The translations under genes were made by a program, and so were the position numbers. A stretch of DNA of 64,000 nt, from positions 23,684,001 to 23,748,000 of the forward strand of contig OZ024764.1 of NCBI GenBank assembly GCA_964016885.1, in the 5' to 3' direction. Every line of letters starts with the position of its first letter. Position 1 is the stretch's first letter. The notes under the pieces were generated by a model. It searched no databases and had not been told where the DNA came from. It saw only the letters and a list, made by a program, of their open reading frames with translations. Positions 35,470-49,087 of the stretch are shown piece after piece. Source of the stretch: Eledone cirrhosa (Eukaryota).

Positions 35470-37253
35470 CTGTATCAATATCAAACTCATTACATAATAC
35501 TACAACAACAACAATTGTGTAGATCCATCATCCTTGCTAAAACTGGGGTCAACCTTGTAGGTTTTACCTAGGACAGGGATCATAAAACCAGGTTTCCATT
35601 TTTGAAGCAGTGTTTGAAGATTTGGTGTAAATTAAAGTTTTTCACATTAAACTTTGATTTATTATACTTTAACAGGTAAGATATATATTTGTATTTTTAG
35701 TAAAGGTTGGGAACTTCTGTAATTTAAACCTGCCAATAAAATGAAAACTTTTGTTGTTGCTAGTCAGACATTGATATTAATTCTATTGTCCTGTACATTG
35801 TCTCAAATATCACAGATTAAACAGATTTTAACAATAACAACAGAAATCAATAACTTGTAAGCCTAATATCTAGCTTCCATTTTAACTATTTGATATTGTT
35901 GTTCCCCTCTTGCCTCTTCAGGTCTTTTAGATTTCAACTTCTATCTACTGTACTATTCCATCACCAAGGCAACATTCATCTGGCTGGCAGCTTACATCAG
36001 CTACAGATCTCATCAGTGGTTCACAACAGGCTGTCTGAAAGAAACTTCCAGATATCTTCTATGTCATAGCTATCAATATCCTCCTCCTTATCATATGTAC
36101 CACTCTCACAGTCCCTCTAGATCTTATATTTAAGAGGGAGATCTTTTACTGTCCCTTCTCTTTTCTCTAGATAGTTTTGTACCACTCTCACAGTCCCTAT
36201 AGATCTTATATTTAACAGGGAGATTCTTTACTGTCTCTACCCTTTTCTCTAGGTTGTCTTATACCTCTCTCACAGTCCCTATATATATCTTATATTTAAC
36301 AGGGAGATCTTTTACTATCCCTACCCTTTTCTCTAGATTGTCTTGTATCTCTTTCACAGTCCCTCTAGATCTTATATTTAACAGGGAGATCTTTTACTAG
36401 CCCTACCCTTTTCTCTAGGTCGTCTTGTACCTCCCTCACAATCCCTGTAGATCTTATATTTAACAGGGAGATATTTTACTCTCCAACCCTTCTATCTCCA
36501 GATAGTCTTGTATCTGTCAGTCCCTCTAGATATTACACCTAGTATCTAGTCTATGTTGAGTCGTACGTCCTTCTCCAGTAAAGGAGTTAATATTCCCAAA
36601 CATCTGTCTATCCTGTTTTCTGATGAGAATGAAGTCAATCTAGTTTATCTCTTCACCTGATTGAAGTAACTAGATCAAGTAACTAGATGGTTTCCTGTAA
36701 GTTAGTGTTGCAGTGTTTGTGTCACCATGTATGGTTTATATCTATTAATATAGAGATGTAGTAAAGTTTTCACTGTTGTATCTCTATTTTCTAAATATCT
36801 TAATAATGTTTCTCTACTATTTCAGAATAGCACATGACCTTGTGGTGAATTATGCTGAAATATTTCTTCTGAATTGAGATAAATAACAAATTATTCCTTT
36901 TTCACTGTCTGAAATATTTACAACATGATTTTACATTCTGATTAAACTTTGGATATTTACAAAGGAGTTTTCAAAATATTTGGATATTGACAAAGATCAC
37001 ATTTGGTAAAATTATGAACAATAGAAATATTTACATCAACATAGGAATATTTTCCAGAAGAGATGGGAAAATCATTATACCACTGTAATATTTGTGGTAA
37101 AATATTCTCTCTTCTTCATATGTAGACCATCTAACTAAACACTTTAACTAACAAACTATTGTGCTATAGAATTGACAAACTTGAGGAATGTTTAATAAAT
37201 GTTACAGATTTCTCCAAACTGTCATTTACTAACTCTAATTTGAAGCTATATTA

Positions 37254-37463
37254 TCTATATACTACTAAAACTCTGTGATTGTGTCTTGTCTGTACTTTAA
37301 AACAGTGCATAATGGGGAAATACTTTGAAAGGAATGAAACAAGTTTTGTATAAAATGGAGTACAGGTTCCCAAGATACGGGGTTTTCTGGGTACCTTCGT
37401 AAATATAGGGAGAGAGCGAGACAGTGGTGGTGAGAGAGTGGGAGCTGGTGGTGTTAAATAAAA

Positions 37464-37530
<67 letters not shown>

Positions 37531-37986
37531 CTATATATATATACGTATGTGCATATATATGTATCTGTATATATACGTAGGAAGCATATAGACAATATGC
37601 CCCCACACCCTCCCACTGCAAGGTGGTCGTGGAGGTGCCACAGCAAAAAAGCACCGAGCCCACACTGTAAAGTGGACATGTAGGCGCCACGAAAAAGCAC
37701 CCAGCACTCACTGTAAATGAGGTTGGTGTTAGGAAGGGCATCCAGCTGTAGAAATCGAGCCAGATCAGTTCCTGTATGAGCAAGGCATGGTCAGCCGACC
37801 AGACGCTGCCCACAACAGGACAACTCGTCTAACCCATGCTAGCGTGGAAGAACAGACGCATAACGGTGATGATGATGATATATATATATACGTATGTGTA
37901 TATTTTAACTGTTTAAAAATTATTTTAAATGACTTTTAAAAAATAGTGTTAAAGGAACGTGACCCAACAGGTCGCGGGTGGTCTAG
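37254..37986 (+). mobile_element. Helitron copy carrying a nested RTE-tail SINE-like insertion
   Basis: A|TC at 37254, CTAG|T at 37983-37986, hairpin cgtgacc-caaca-ggtcgcg. Confidence 0.75.
37552..37879 (+). mobile_element. Short retroposed RTE-3'-tail element with ~19-bp TSD
   Basis: ggttggtgttaggaagggcatccagctgtagaaa motif and a (gat)n tail, flanked by atatatatatacgtatgtg on both sides. Empty site at ~20140-20160; copy at 57387-57724. Confidence 0.75.
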
Positions 37987-39407
37987 TTTGTTACTAAATA
38001 CTAGATATTAGAGGGTCATGTTGTTCTAGATGTGCTGGAAGAGCCATTCCATCTCGTGAGGCTCACACCAGCAGCTAGCCACCTCAGCACCTATGGTGGT
38101 ATATTTATTATATTATTTATTCTTTATCATTAACATTAATATAAAAGATAATTATATATTTTTAAAGAAGAACCTCTAATTTCATATAGCTTAGGGCTTC
38201 AGTAGGTAAAAGTCTGGCCCTGCTTGTCTTGTATTTTTTAGGGGAGAAGTTAGGGAATACTGTTATTGTGTGAAAGTTTTCTAAATCTTCTTCAGCCACT
38301 AACATGGAGAAGATATTTCAGTAAGAAGGTTCACATCCTGACATCTATAGCTGTTAACAATGAGATTGGAATTCATTATTAAACAAATGTTATATCATCA
38401 TCACTGTTTTACATCAGTTTTTTCACGCTGGCATGGGTTAGACGAGTTATCCTGTTGTAAGCATTGCCAGGTCAGGTGTTCACGTGTTGCTCCTACAGAA
38501 CAAATTTTGGATTGGTTTCTACAGCTGGATGCCCTTCCTAGCACCAACCTTATTTACATTGAGTACTGGGTGCATTTTACCATCTCACCATCACGACCTC
38601 TTTACAGTGTGGGCTGGGTGCTTTTTGTTGTGACACCTATATGACCACTTTACAGTGTGGGCTGGGTGCTTTTTGTTGTGACAGCTACATGACCACTTTA
38701 CAGTGTGCATTGGTTGCTTTTTGTTGTGACACCAACATGACCACTTTATAGTGTGGACTGGGTGCTTTTTGTTGTGACACCAACATGACCATTTTAAAGT
38801 TTTGGCTGGGTACTTTTTGTTGTCACCTACATGACCACTTTACAGTGTGGGCTGGGTGCTTTTTGCCGTGACACCTATGCAACCGCTTTACAGTGTGGGC
38901 TGGTTTCTTTTTGTCATGTCACCTACATGACCAGTTTATAGTATTGGCTGTGTGTTCTTTACAGTGTGGGCTGGTTTCTTTTTGTTATATCACCTACATG
39001 ACCACCTTATAGTGTTGGCGGTGTGTTCTTTGCAGTGTGGGCTGGTTTCTTTTTGTCATGTCACCTACATGACCAGTTTATAGTATTGGCTGTGTGTTCT
39101 TTACAGTGTGGGCTGGTTTCTTTTTGTTATATCACCTACATGACCGCCTTATAATGTTGACTGTGTGTTCTTTGCAGTGTGGGCTGGTTTCTTTTTGTCA
39201 TATCACCTACATGACCACCTTATAATGTTGACTGTGTGTTCTTTACAGTGTGGGTTGGGTGCTTTTTGTCATATCTCCTACCCAACCACTTTGCAGTGTG
39301 GGTAGTGAAATATCAGTAATGCACCAGCTCCAATATTCAGTAATCAGAAGAAGGGAGGTAGGCATAAAAGCCAAACTTGCTGTCTTCAATTAGGTTTTTG
39401 TGCCAAC

Positions 39408-40720
39408 CCTTTGGATATTTACAAAGGAGTTTTCAAAATATTTGGATATTGACAAAGATCACATTTGATAAAATTATGAACAATAGAAATATTTACATCA
39501 ACATAGGAATATTTTCCAGAAGAGATGAGAAAATCATTATACCACTAATATTTGTGGTAAAGTATTCTCTCTTTATATGTAGAATATCTAACTAAACACT
39601 TTAACTAACAAACTATTGTGCTATAGAATTGACAAACTTGAACAATGTTTAATAAATGTTACAGATTTCTCCAAACTGTCGTTTACTAACTTTAATTTGA
39701 AGCTATATTATCTATATACTACTAAAACTCTGTGATTGTGTCTTGTCCGTAATTTAATACAGCTAAAACAGTGCATAATGGGGAAATACTTTGAAGTTTT
39801 GTATAAATTGGAGCACAGGTTCCCAAGATACGGGGTTTTCTGGGTACCTTCATAAATATAGGGAGAGAGCGAGACAGTGGTGGTGAGAGAGTGGGAGCTG
39901 GTGGTGTTAAATAAAATGTATGTGTGTATATATATATATATATATAGATATACGTATATATATATATATATATACGTATGTGCATATATATGTATCTTTA
40001 TATATATATACGTATGAAGCATATAGACAATATGCCCCCACACCCTCCCACTGCAAGGTGGTCGTCGAGGTGCCACGGCAGAAAAGCACCGAGACCACAC
40101 TGTAAAGTGGACATGTAGGCACCACGAAAAAGGAATAAAACAAGTTTTGTATAAATTGGAGCACAGGTTCCCAAGATATGCAGCTAACAGCTAGCCACCT
40201 AAGCACCTATGGTGGTATATTTATTATATTATTTATTCTTTACCATTAACATTAATATAAAAGATAATTATATATTTTTAGAAAAGAACCTCTAACTTCA
40301 TATAGCTTAGGGCTTCAGTAGGTAAAAGTCTGGCCCTGCTTGTCTTGTATTTTTTAGGGGAGAAGTTAGGGAAAACAGTTATTGTGTGAAAGTTTTCTAA
40401 ATCTTCTTCAGCCACTAACATGGAGAAGATATTTCAGTAAAAAGGTTCACATCCTGACATCTATAGCTGTTAACAATGAGATTGGAATTCATTATTAAAC
40501 AAATGTTATATCATCATCACTGTTTTACATCAGTTTTTCCACGCTGGCATGGGTTAGACGAGTTATCCTGTTGTAAGCAATGCCAGGTCAGGTGACCACG
40601 TGTTGCTCCTACAGAACAAATTTTGGTTTTGTTTCTGCAGCTGGATGCCCTTCCTAGCACCAACCTTATTTACATTGAGTATTGGGTGCTTTTTGCCATG
40701 GCACCTACATGACCACTTTA
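39408..40720 (+). repeat. Local duplication (with deletions) of ~36948-38570
   Basis: Junction tgccaaccct|ttggatatttac. Repeats the relic ZNF exon, the Helitron start and the downstream sequence. Confidence 0.8.
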
Positions 40721-40809
40721 CAGCATTAAGAAATCAGAAGATCGCTGTTTTCTATAATTTTATAATATACATATACACACACATACAAACACACACATAT
40801 ATATATATA

Positions 40810-42838
40810 CAGTGGTACCTTGACTTACGAGTGTCCCAAGTAAAGAGTTTTCGAGATACGAGCTGGCCCTCGGCTGATTTTTTGCGTTTTGTTCCAGTTC
40901 TCGTTGGCATAGCGACCGCCACAGGGAATACCATAACACCCGTCCAGCATCCCATGGCTTCGAAGAAAGTGAGGGCGAAGGACAGTTCTGAGAAGAAGAA
41001 GCAGATGATGTGTATTGAATTAAAGAAAGAAATTATAGAAAAACATGACCAAGGTGTGTGTAGTGGACTTGGTGAAGTAGTACGAGCGTAGCACTTCTAC
41101 GATATGTACCATACTGAAGAAGAAGGACTTGATAAAGGCTATAACCCCAGCTAAGGGTGGTAAAATAATTTCTAAACAGCGGACATCTATCCATGAAAAT
41201 GTGGAAAAGCTGCTGATGGTGTGGTTGACGGAGAAGCAGGTCGCAAGAGATACTGTGATGAAGATTATAATATGTGAGAAGGCACGAGCTATTTACGCTG
41301 ATTTGCTGCAGCAGACCCCAGGTACTTCTACGGACGAGCCATCGGCAAGCCCTTTAATGCCAGTCGGGTTTGGTTTGAGAATTTTAAAAAGAGGACCGGC
41401 ATTCACTCCGTTGTCAGGCATGGTGAGGCAGTGAGCGCGGATATGAAGGCAGCTGAGGATTACCTCAAAACCTTTGCCGGAATTATAGCAGCCGAAGGAT
41501 ACATCCCTCAGCAAGTCTTTAACTGTGATGAAACAGGACTTTTTTGGAAGAAGATGCCAAGGAGGACTTATATAATGGCAGAGGAGAAGAGGATGCCTGG
41601 CTACAAACCCATGAAGGATAGGCTAACCCTCTCACTGTGTGCCACTGCGAGCGGTGACTGTAAGATTAAGCCGCTGCTCGTTTATCATTCAGAAAACTCC
41701 AGAACCTTTAAGTCACATAAGATTCTGAAAGAAAAACTGCAGGTTTTGTGGAGGGCAAACCCGAGGTCATGGGTCACCAGGTAGTTCTTTGTGGAGTGGG
41801 TGAATTTGGTCTTTGGTCCTGACGTTAAAAAATATCTCCAGGAAAATAACCTACCCCTGTAAACTCTTCTTGTCCTAGACAGTGCAACTGCTCACCCACC
41901 CACCCTCGAAGAGTTCAAGTTTATAAAGGTCCTCTACCTTCCACCAAAGACGACCCCTATCCTACAGCCCAAGGACCAGCAGGTACTTTCTAATTTCAAG
42001 AAGCTCTTCACCAAGCACCTGTTCAGTCGCTGCTTTGAAGTGACGGAGAGCACAAACTTCACCCTTGAGAGGTCTGGAAGGACCATTATAACATCGTGAT
42101 ATGCCTCAGAATTATCGATATGACCTGGCAGGGTCTTACAAAGAGGACCTTGACCTCTACATGGAAGAAGCTGTGGCCTGAAGTTGTGTCTAAAACAGAC
42201 TTTGAAATACTCGAACCCGAAGCGGCAGTGGTGGAGGAGATTGTACCCCTCGGTAAGTCCATGGGCCTGGACATGGATGAAGGTGACATCAACGAGCTCA
42301 TTGAGGAGCACCCCGAGGAAATGACAACGAAGGAATTAAAGGAGCTACAGACACAGCAACACACGGAGTTTTTGCAGGAAATAGGTGATACAGAGGAGGT
42401 TATCTCAACAAGTGAGATGAAACAAACCTTATTAGACAGGTTTTTATTGAAAATCCCTGCAGATAAAAGTGAGGAAAGCGTGGCGAAAAGAGCAAAAATC
42501 AGCGAATAAGATTCAGTTATTCAGTTCATCCTTTCTCCTCCGTCAACATCCTCAAGTCGTCTGATCTCCAAGATAGATGCTGTACATTATACTTAATAAA
42601 ACAAGTTTATTGTAGTACATTCTATTGTATTGTTTTTTATATACAATATTTGTCATTTATAAGTACATTTTTCTTATTTAAAAACACATAACAAAACAAA
42701 CTGTGGTTTTTGGGGGGTCTGGAACGGATTAACGGCATTTTATTTTATTTCAGTGGGGAAAATTGATTTGACATATGAGTAATTTAAGTTATGAGGTCCT
42801 CCACGGAACAAATTAAACTCGTAAGTGAAGGTATCACA

Positions 42839-42839
<1 letters not shown>
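40810..42839 (+). mobile_element. Tigger/pogo-like Tc1-mariner DNA transposon, degenerate transposase
   Basis: TA|CAGTGGTACCTTGACTTACGAG...CTCGTAAGTGAAGGTATCACAG TIRs. Fragments IELKKEIIEKH (psq HTH), EKLLMVWL (CENP-B HTH) and QQVFNCDETGLFWKKMPRRTYI..KDRLTL (DDE). Confidence 0.9.
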
Positions 42840-42870
<31 letters not shown>

Positions 42871-44625
42871 GAAGGAACGATCGACTTTCGTCAAATCGGA
42901 CCGAGGAACCAATGTTTCCATTGGTCTTTCCAATTGCTAGTACTATCGGTCGCAACTCCAGGTATAAGGAACAACGTGAAATAAAGTGTCTTGCTCAAGG
43001 TCATAACGCATCGCCTGGTCCAGGAATCGAACTCACAACCTCAAGATATATATATATATATATAAATGAAGAATATAGAAATTATTGTAGCAAAAAGCCA
43101 ACAGTATTCCATTATATATATGTATATATGTATATATAGTATAAAAGAGAAAACACAGGTAAGCATTAAGAGAAGGATTTTATCCAGGTATTTACGACCG
43201 TTTCATTGGTAAGTGCAACCTTATATTTCTATCCTGCAAATAGCAGCCACTCAATTATAATTGTTGTTCACAGTCCAAATTTTCAAAATAGTAAGTTACT
43301 CTTGAAATAATTCTTAATATATAGAGAAAAACATTTATTTGGAATTGTATTTACTAGTATAGAGAGAGAGGAATCAGAAGGTGAGGGGACAGACGGAATA
43401 GTATAGAGAGAGAGGAAGGGGGAAGAGGTAGGAAGTAGAGTGACAAACTGAGATGGAGGGAGGGGTAGAGGTGGCAGGATTCTTTGGTCAGTTTTGACAG
43501 CAGACTTCATGTCGTGGAATGTAGTGAGTTAAAGAGAATTAAATTGATCATTTTTGGAGGGATGGATATATATATATATAGTTAAATATTAGACAGGAAC
43601 AAAAAACAGGCAGTGCAAATGGTAGTTTATACCGAGAGAGAGACAGACAAACACATCTATACCCCTACTACAGTAAAACAAAACATATGTAAGGGGAGAC
43701 AACTCTCGTTACATCCCCCCTTCTTTTTGATATACGTCCTTTACATACTTTGTTCAATGGAATCTGCTTTATTTTGTGTCCTAAGTAGATTTCTGTTTAA
43801 TTATTTACGAGATTCACAATGATTCACGTAACCAAGTTACTTACATAGAGATATATTTCACATAGAATCACAACAAATGAAAATATTAAGTCAACACTCT
43901 GTCAATCAGTCTCACGTCACATGGGGTGCCGGAGTCTCCCTCTAATACTTTCTGAGACAGTCTTACCTCGAGTGATAGCAAGGCTAAGATGTTGGAACTA
44001 CCAAACACCCTCATATGTATCACCTGACACCTCGGTAAGGAGAGCTGCCAACGATAACAAGAACCTCGTTGTCAGGGACCTATCTCCTCCAAACTTCTCC
44101 AACACCACAGACTAGAATATTCTACTCTTTATTCCCTATCAAATATATTTCAGTCTAGTCATTTATCTTGTATCTTGTATATGTATTTTTAAAACTAACT
44201 GTCACATTTGTGAGACCCCAGTTAGTGATGTTTTTCTCTCCCTCCCACATGCTACATGCTGTAGTAAAAGTGAGGGTCACTGCTTCCGTAGACGAACGAA
44301 ATAAAAGCTAAACTACCAGTAATTATCGGCAAAGTATTTATTCCAGTCTGTGATGTTTGAGAAGCTGGGCTGCTGACAACGAAGTTGTTGTCAATGTTGG
44401 CGGCTAGCTTTACCGAAGTACCCGATGACTCTTGTGAGGGTACTTAGCTGTTCTGGCAACTTAGGCCCCATATGACCCGATCTTACCGAGATACCCGGTG
44501 ATCTCTGTAAGAGTACTTAGCTGTTCTATTTTAATTACATTTACTGATTTCAACTTTCATTTTCTTTATTACAAACTTTACATAATTTAATTCGGTAAAA
44601 ATATTTTTACGTCACAAAAAAAATT

Positions 44626-44751
44626 GACCTTTGACATTGAAGCATGCGCAGTGGTGCAGTTGTCGACTTCCTGTCCACGTGTTAGTCTTCCTACAACATC
44701 ATTTAGAAAACATTTCTGCAAATACTAAACACCTGAGACTATAATGTAAGT
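44626..44751 (+). promoter_or_regulatory. Putative promoter/first exon of ZNF gene D
   Basis: Same motif cluster; donor GTAAGT at 44746-44751; no upstream foldback element. Confidence 0.55.
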
Positions 44752-45939
44752 ATTATGTCTATTAATATTGTAGATTTAAGCTCACTTTTCACATCACAAA
44801 TATATATTTTCTTGTTTGTTTCATTACTGGAAATATAAAATGTTATCGTAATTATCTATATTTTACCTACCTCTAATTAATTAAAGTGAAAACTTTTGTT
44901 GTTGCTGAAAAATAAATTAACAAAACTAAATATTTAAATATTCTAAAGGTCGTTTTTATATTATGTGATGATATAATTAATATATTTTATTACAATTGTA
45001 TAAATTTACAGTAGAATAACGTTGTAAATATGTTTTAAATATATACATAAATAACATAAGTGTGTAAATAACATTATAAATTGCTGGCAATTCCTTGAGA
45101 AAGACATTACAAATATATTGTCTAAACTGTGTATAATAATATAATTTATTGAACAATAATGATAAAGGAATGAAAAACACAGTGGGAGATGGCAATTGAC
45201 CACCAAACGAGGTAAACATTTTCAATTTTCCCCTTTTTTTGCTTTGTCCGAGACAACTCAAAATATTCTTCAAGGAACAGGATTTTCCATTCGGTTGGAT
45301 CGAACGGATTTTACCATTTATAATCTACGGAGAGGAATAACAGATGTTCGGAGGAAAAAAGAATTGTTTGTGGCAACAACGTAGGGAACCAACCTGGAGC
45401 AATTGTATCACACAATTATACTTTCCTCCTTAACATACACTTACAAGTTTTCAAAATCAAACCCCCCAAATATAAAATATAAATAATTATAAATGGCGAG
45501 GAACCATCCCATCTCCCTCTTGAAATAACCTGAATCTATTTATAGTCAGGTGTGACTGAAAGGTCAATCCATACTTCCATTCTATTTCACAGAATTAGAA
45601 GCTTTGACCACTTGATAGAATTCAGGTCCAGTAATGTAATCACTCCGTAATTGTAAACATCTTGTATCACTATCATTCAGGTTTTTATTTTACTCAAGTC
45701 TTGCCCATGTTTTTTTTTTTTCTTTTTTTTTACACAAACTCACAATTTCGGTTTTTACTGCGGATTTACCCATGCGAACTATTACACAAACTCACAGCCT
45801 TAGATTTTGTATTTCTAGCGTTTTTATTTTCCTTCTCTTTGCATGTTCAGTGCTCTTTCTCTCCCACTGTATTTATCTGCCTCTCACATGACCACACTCC
45901 TCTCCACGCACTCATCATCTTCTCACTCCTTCTACACAT

Positions 45940-47670
45940 TCCAACGCTGGCCCTCTACTGCCGGCTGTTGCCAGCCCGCCACCTGATTGCGCCCTCTGTG
46001 CCCGCACTAACCAGTACTTGAAGACAATTAAATGTCACCTATGCCACGCAAGCCAAAGCTCAAGCCGAAAGGCTTCAACACTGGACCTGTCATCGGTGCC
46101 ACTTCAGCTCTGACTATTCCGTGGGGATGACCAACACTCTACCGACGACTTTGCCACAGCCCCCCTGGGCTTCTCCAAATCAAAGCTCCTTAGGAGCCCC
46201 GATCACAGACCTGGCCTTCGAGTCAACCATCCAATCGAAGATGGTTGGCCTTGAGCAGCTGCTGAGGAATATTGAAGATATCGAACCCCATCAAAGTTTC
46301 TTCTTACTCAGGAACTACCTGTCTATTCCTAAGCTTCTGTATCTACTCAGGGTCAGCCCCTCTCACAGATTTCCATCCTGCCTCCAACGCTTCGACGACC
46401 TAATCTTCGAGAGACTCGAATGTCTGGTCAATGTTAGTAAGTGTTCGTCCCTCTCTCTGCCCTGCTTCCTTTCCTCCACCCAAGCTTGCAGCATCCTCTC
46501 CTCTCCAACATGGACTAGTTCCAACAGGGAGTTGTGTGAAGCTCTCCAGCAATGGAGTGAGTTGGGCTTGTCTCTTCCTGAGAAGGTGGAGGACAGGATA
46601 CGTTGGAATGCCACCTTCGACTCCCTCTTCGTCCTCTCAGATCAGTTTACAAGGTGCCGCTTACCATCTGCCAGCGCCAAATACTCCGGTGACTGGGTCG
46701 ATGCCTTACCCGTGGCCAACGTTGGAGGCCTACTCAGCCTGGATGAACTTCGTGTCTCCATCACCCTCAGAGTGGGAGCTGACGTCTGCATAGGTTTGAG
46801 ATGTGGCTAACTCCTCGACTCCACAGGCCCCCACGGTCTTTCTTGCTGCCTGAATGCCGGCCACTTTGCCCGTCACACGGAGCTAAACTTTATTCTGAAG
46901 AGAGCTTTGGCCCGGGCAAACATCCCCTCGGTCTTGGAACCATCTGGGTTGTCCAGAAGTGACGGCAAAAGACCTGACGGCCTTACCCTGTGCCCCTGGT
47001 CGAGAGGCAGGTGCTTAATCTGGGACGTCACTGTTAGTGACTCCATTGCTCTTTCCCACATCCTTGATGCTGCGGTAAGGACGAGAGCCACAGCTTCGGC
47101 AGCCGAGCGGAGTAAGACCCTCAAATACTCTGATCTGTCGGCCAGCTACATTTTTCAGCCTGTGGCTTTCGACACATTTGGGGGAGTCGGGCCGCTGACT
47201 GCGAGGTTCCTTTCCTCACTGGCGGCTCGCCTTGTAGAGGTAACTGGCGAAATCGCGAGGGCGCTTGGCTGTTTCAGCACCTCAGCCTCGCCATCACCCG
47301 ATGTAACACTGCCAGTGTGCTGGCTTGTCTCAAAACTCATTAGAGAGGTTTCCCAGTACCCCTCGTTGCTGTCTTTTGCTCTGGTGTTGGCTCCGTTGTC
47401 CACCCCTTCCTTTACATTTTCTTTAATATTGCAACATTGAAGAATTTATCTTTCATTGTATCATCCTTTATAGTGTTACCGAGGCATTTGTAATGTTATT
47501 TATATATTTAAAACATATTTCTTATGTTATTCTACTGTAAATTTATTTATATGCTCTGTTTATATTTTCATTCTGAAGGAACTTATCCACTTGTGTTGAT
47601 ATAAGTGATGCTATGACTTTCCTCTAAGCATTGTGTCATTATATATGTTATTATAAACGTGAATAAATTG
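45940..47670 (+). mobile_element. CRE-clade (RLE-type) non-LTR retrotransposon, internally deleted
   Basis: PHD remnant, LGAPI, FFLLRNYLSIPKLLYLLRVSP, a CCHC-like region (CG*LLDSTGPHGLSC..GHFARH), endonuclease DGKRPDGLTLCPWSRGRCLIWDVTV and FQPVAFDTFG; AATAAA near 47662. Confidence 0.85.
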
Positions 47671-48235
47671 AATTTATAGTGTGATAATAGGCCACACCTC
47701 ACAACCTAGGGGTTAACTACACACTTTGAGGCAAGACAACACACTGGCAGCATTACAACGGGTGATGGTGAGGCTAAGGTGCTGAAATAACCAGGTACCC
47801 TCACGGGTATCACCTGACACCTCAGTAAGGTGAGGCTACGGTGCTGAAATAACCAGGTACCCTCACTGAAATGACTAGATTTGTAGAAAAAGTAGGGTGA
47901 AAGTATACAAAGAGATGTAGTTTCACAGATCTACTCACACCTCACGTTGGGTGAGAATAATTATTTTTCTTAGAATTCTTGCTATACCCCTTTTCCAGTA
48001 TTTTTTCTCTGGACCCCTTAGATACTTGCGATAGACGTTTTATTCCCCAGTATTAGAGTTAGGGTTTCCGTTTTCAGGAAGAAAAGTCGATTGCAAACAT
48101 CTAAGAGGTCGAGAAATAAAATTAAGGAAAGATAATTATTTCCCAGCCAACTGGAGAAGTGTGTAGCTCTTCTTAACTCTGATAATCCTGTCTCCCACTT
48201 CTTTATCTACAAATCTAGTCGTTTCCTGCTACTTT

Positions 48236-48880
48236 GTTCCCTGGGGTATGCCTTAGTATTTGACACCATCTATCTGTCTTACTCCCTAACTAGAAAGAAG
48301 TCAATCTGTCTCATGTGCTCATGATTAGTAGGTTATTAGGTAGGTTATTAGGTGGTTGGTAGGTTTCTTGAAGTGTTGCAAATGGTTAGTTCACTTGCAT
48401 CACAAAATACAAGAAGCGTCACTCCTTCATCGTTTCTTGAGCCATAACCATGACCACCATGTACCCCAGTGTATCCATCCTGGAGCTGTCCAACATGACC
48501 ATTGAAGTCCCCTGCTATTATAACTAGGTCTCTGTCATTGTGGTTACCTCTACTTATTCCTTTTCTACATATCGAGCAGGGCCACTTTCCTGAAGGGGTC
48601 AGGGTCTTCTCTCCTATCCATGACCACTTTAGTTTTGGCTAAGTATATTCTCAGAACTTACCATTTCAAATTCTATATCTATAGCTGGTCATCTACATAG
48701 AGAAGTTTCCATAGACAGCCAGTCTTAAACCTCTCTGTTATGGCTTGGAGAACTATGATGAACAACAGTGGGCTAAGAACTAAACCATGATGAACTCCTA
48801 CCTGTACCTTCAATTCCTCACTAAACACACTTTACTGACAGCTTCTCACAAGCCATTCTTCTACACCTAATTTCTTTAAC
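48236..48880 (-). mobile_element. RTE fragments (paralog of 32068-32700)
   Basis: AGDFNGHVG endonuclease motif; also at 63440-64000. Confidence 0.75.
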
Positions 48881-49087
48881 CCTTTAGTATATAAACTGGC
48901 CATATCTGGCCAGACTTCTCCCACATCTTTCTGTTCAAACTGGCCGTAACTGGTCACTTATACTTATGTTAAGGTATTGTTCTCAAAATAAATAACATGA
49001 AAATCTCATAGATTTGATATTATGTGAGATAAAGCATTTACTGTGAAAATATAATAGTAAATATAGAGTAATGTGAATACTAAAGGG

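Noticed and set aside
43140-43560. Penelope-like 3' end / hammerhead ribozyme on the minus strand
   Set aside because: GAAACGGTCG is present but there is no intact CTGANGA core and no convincing GIY-YIG translation.
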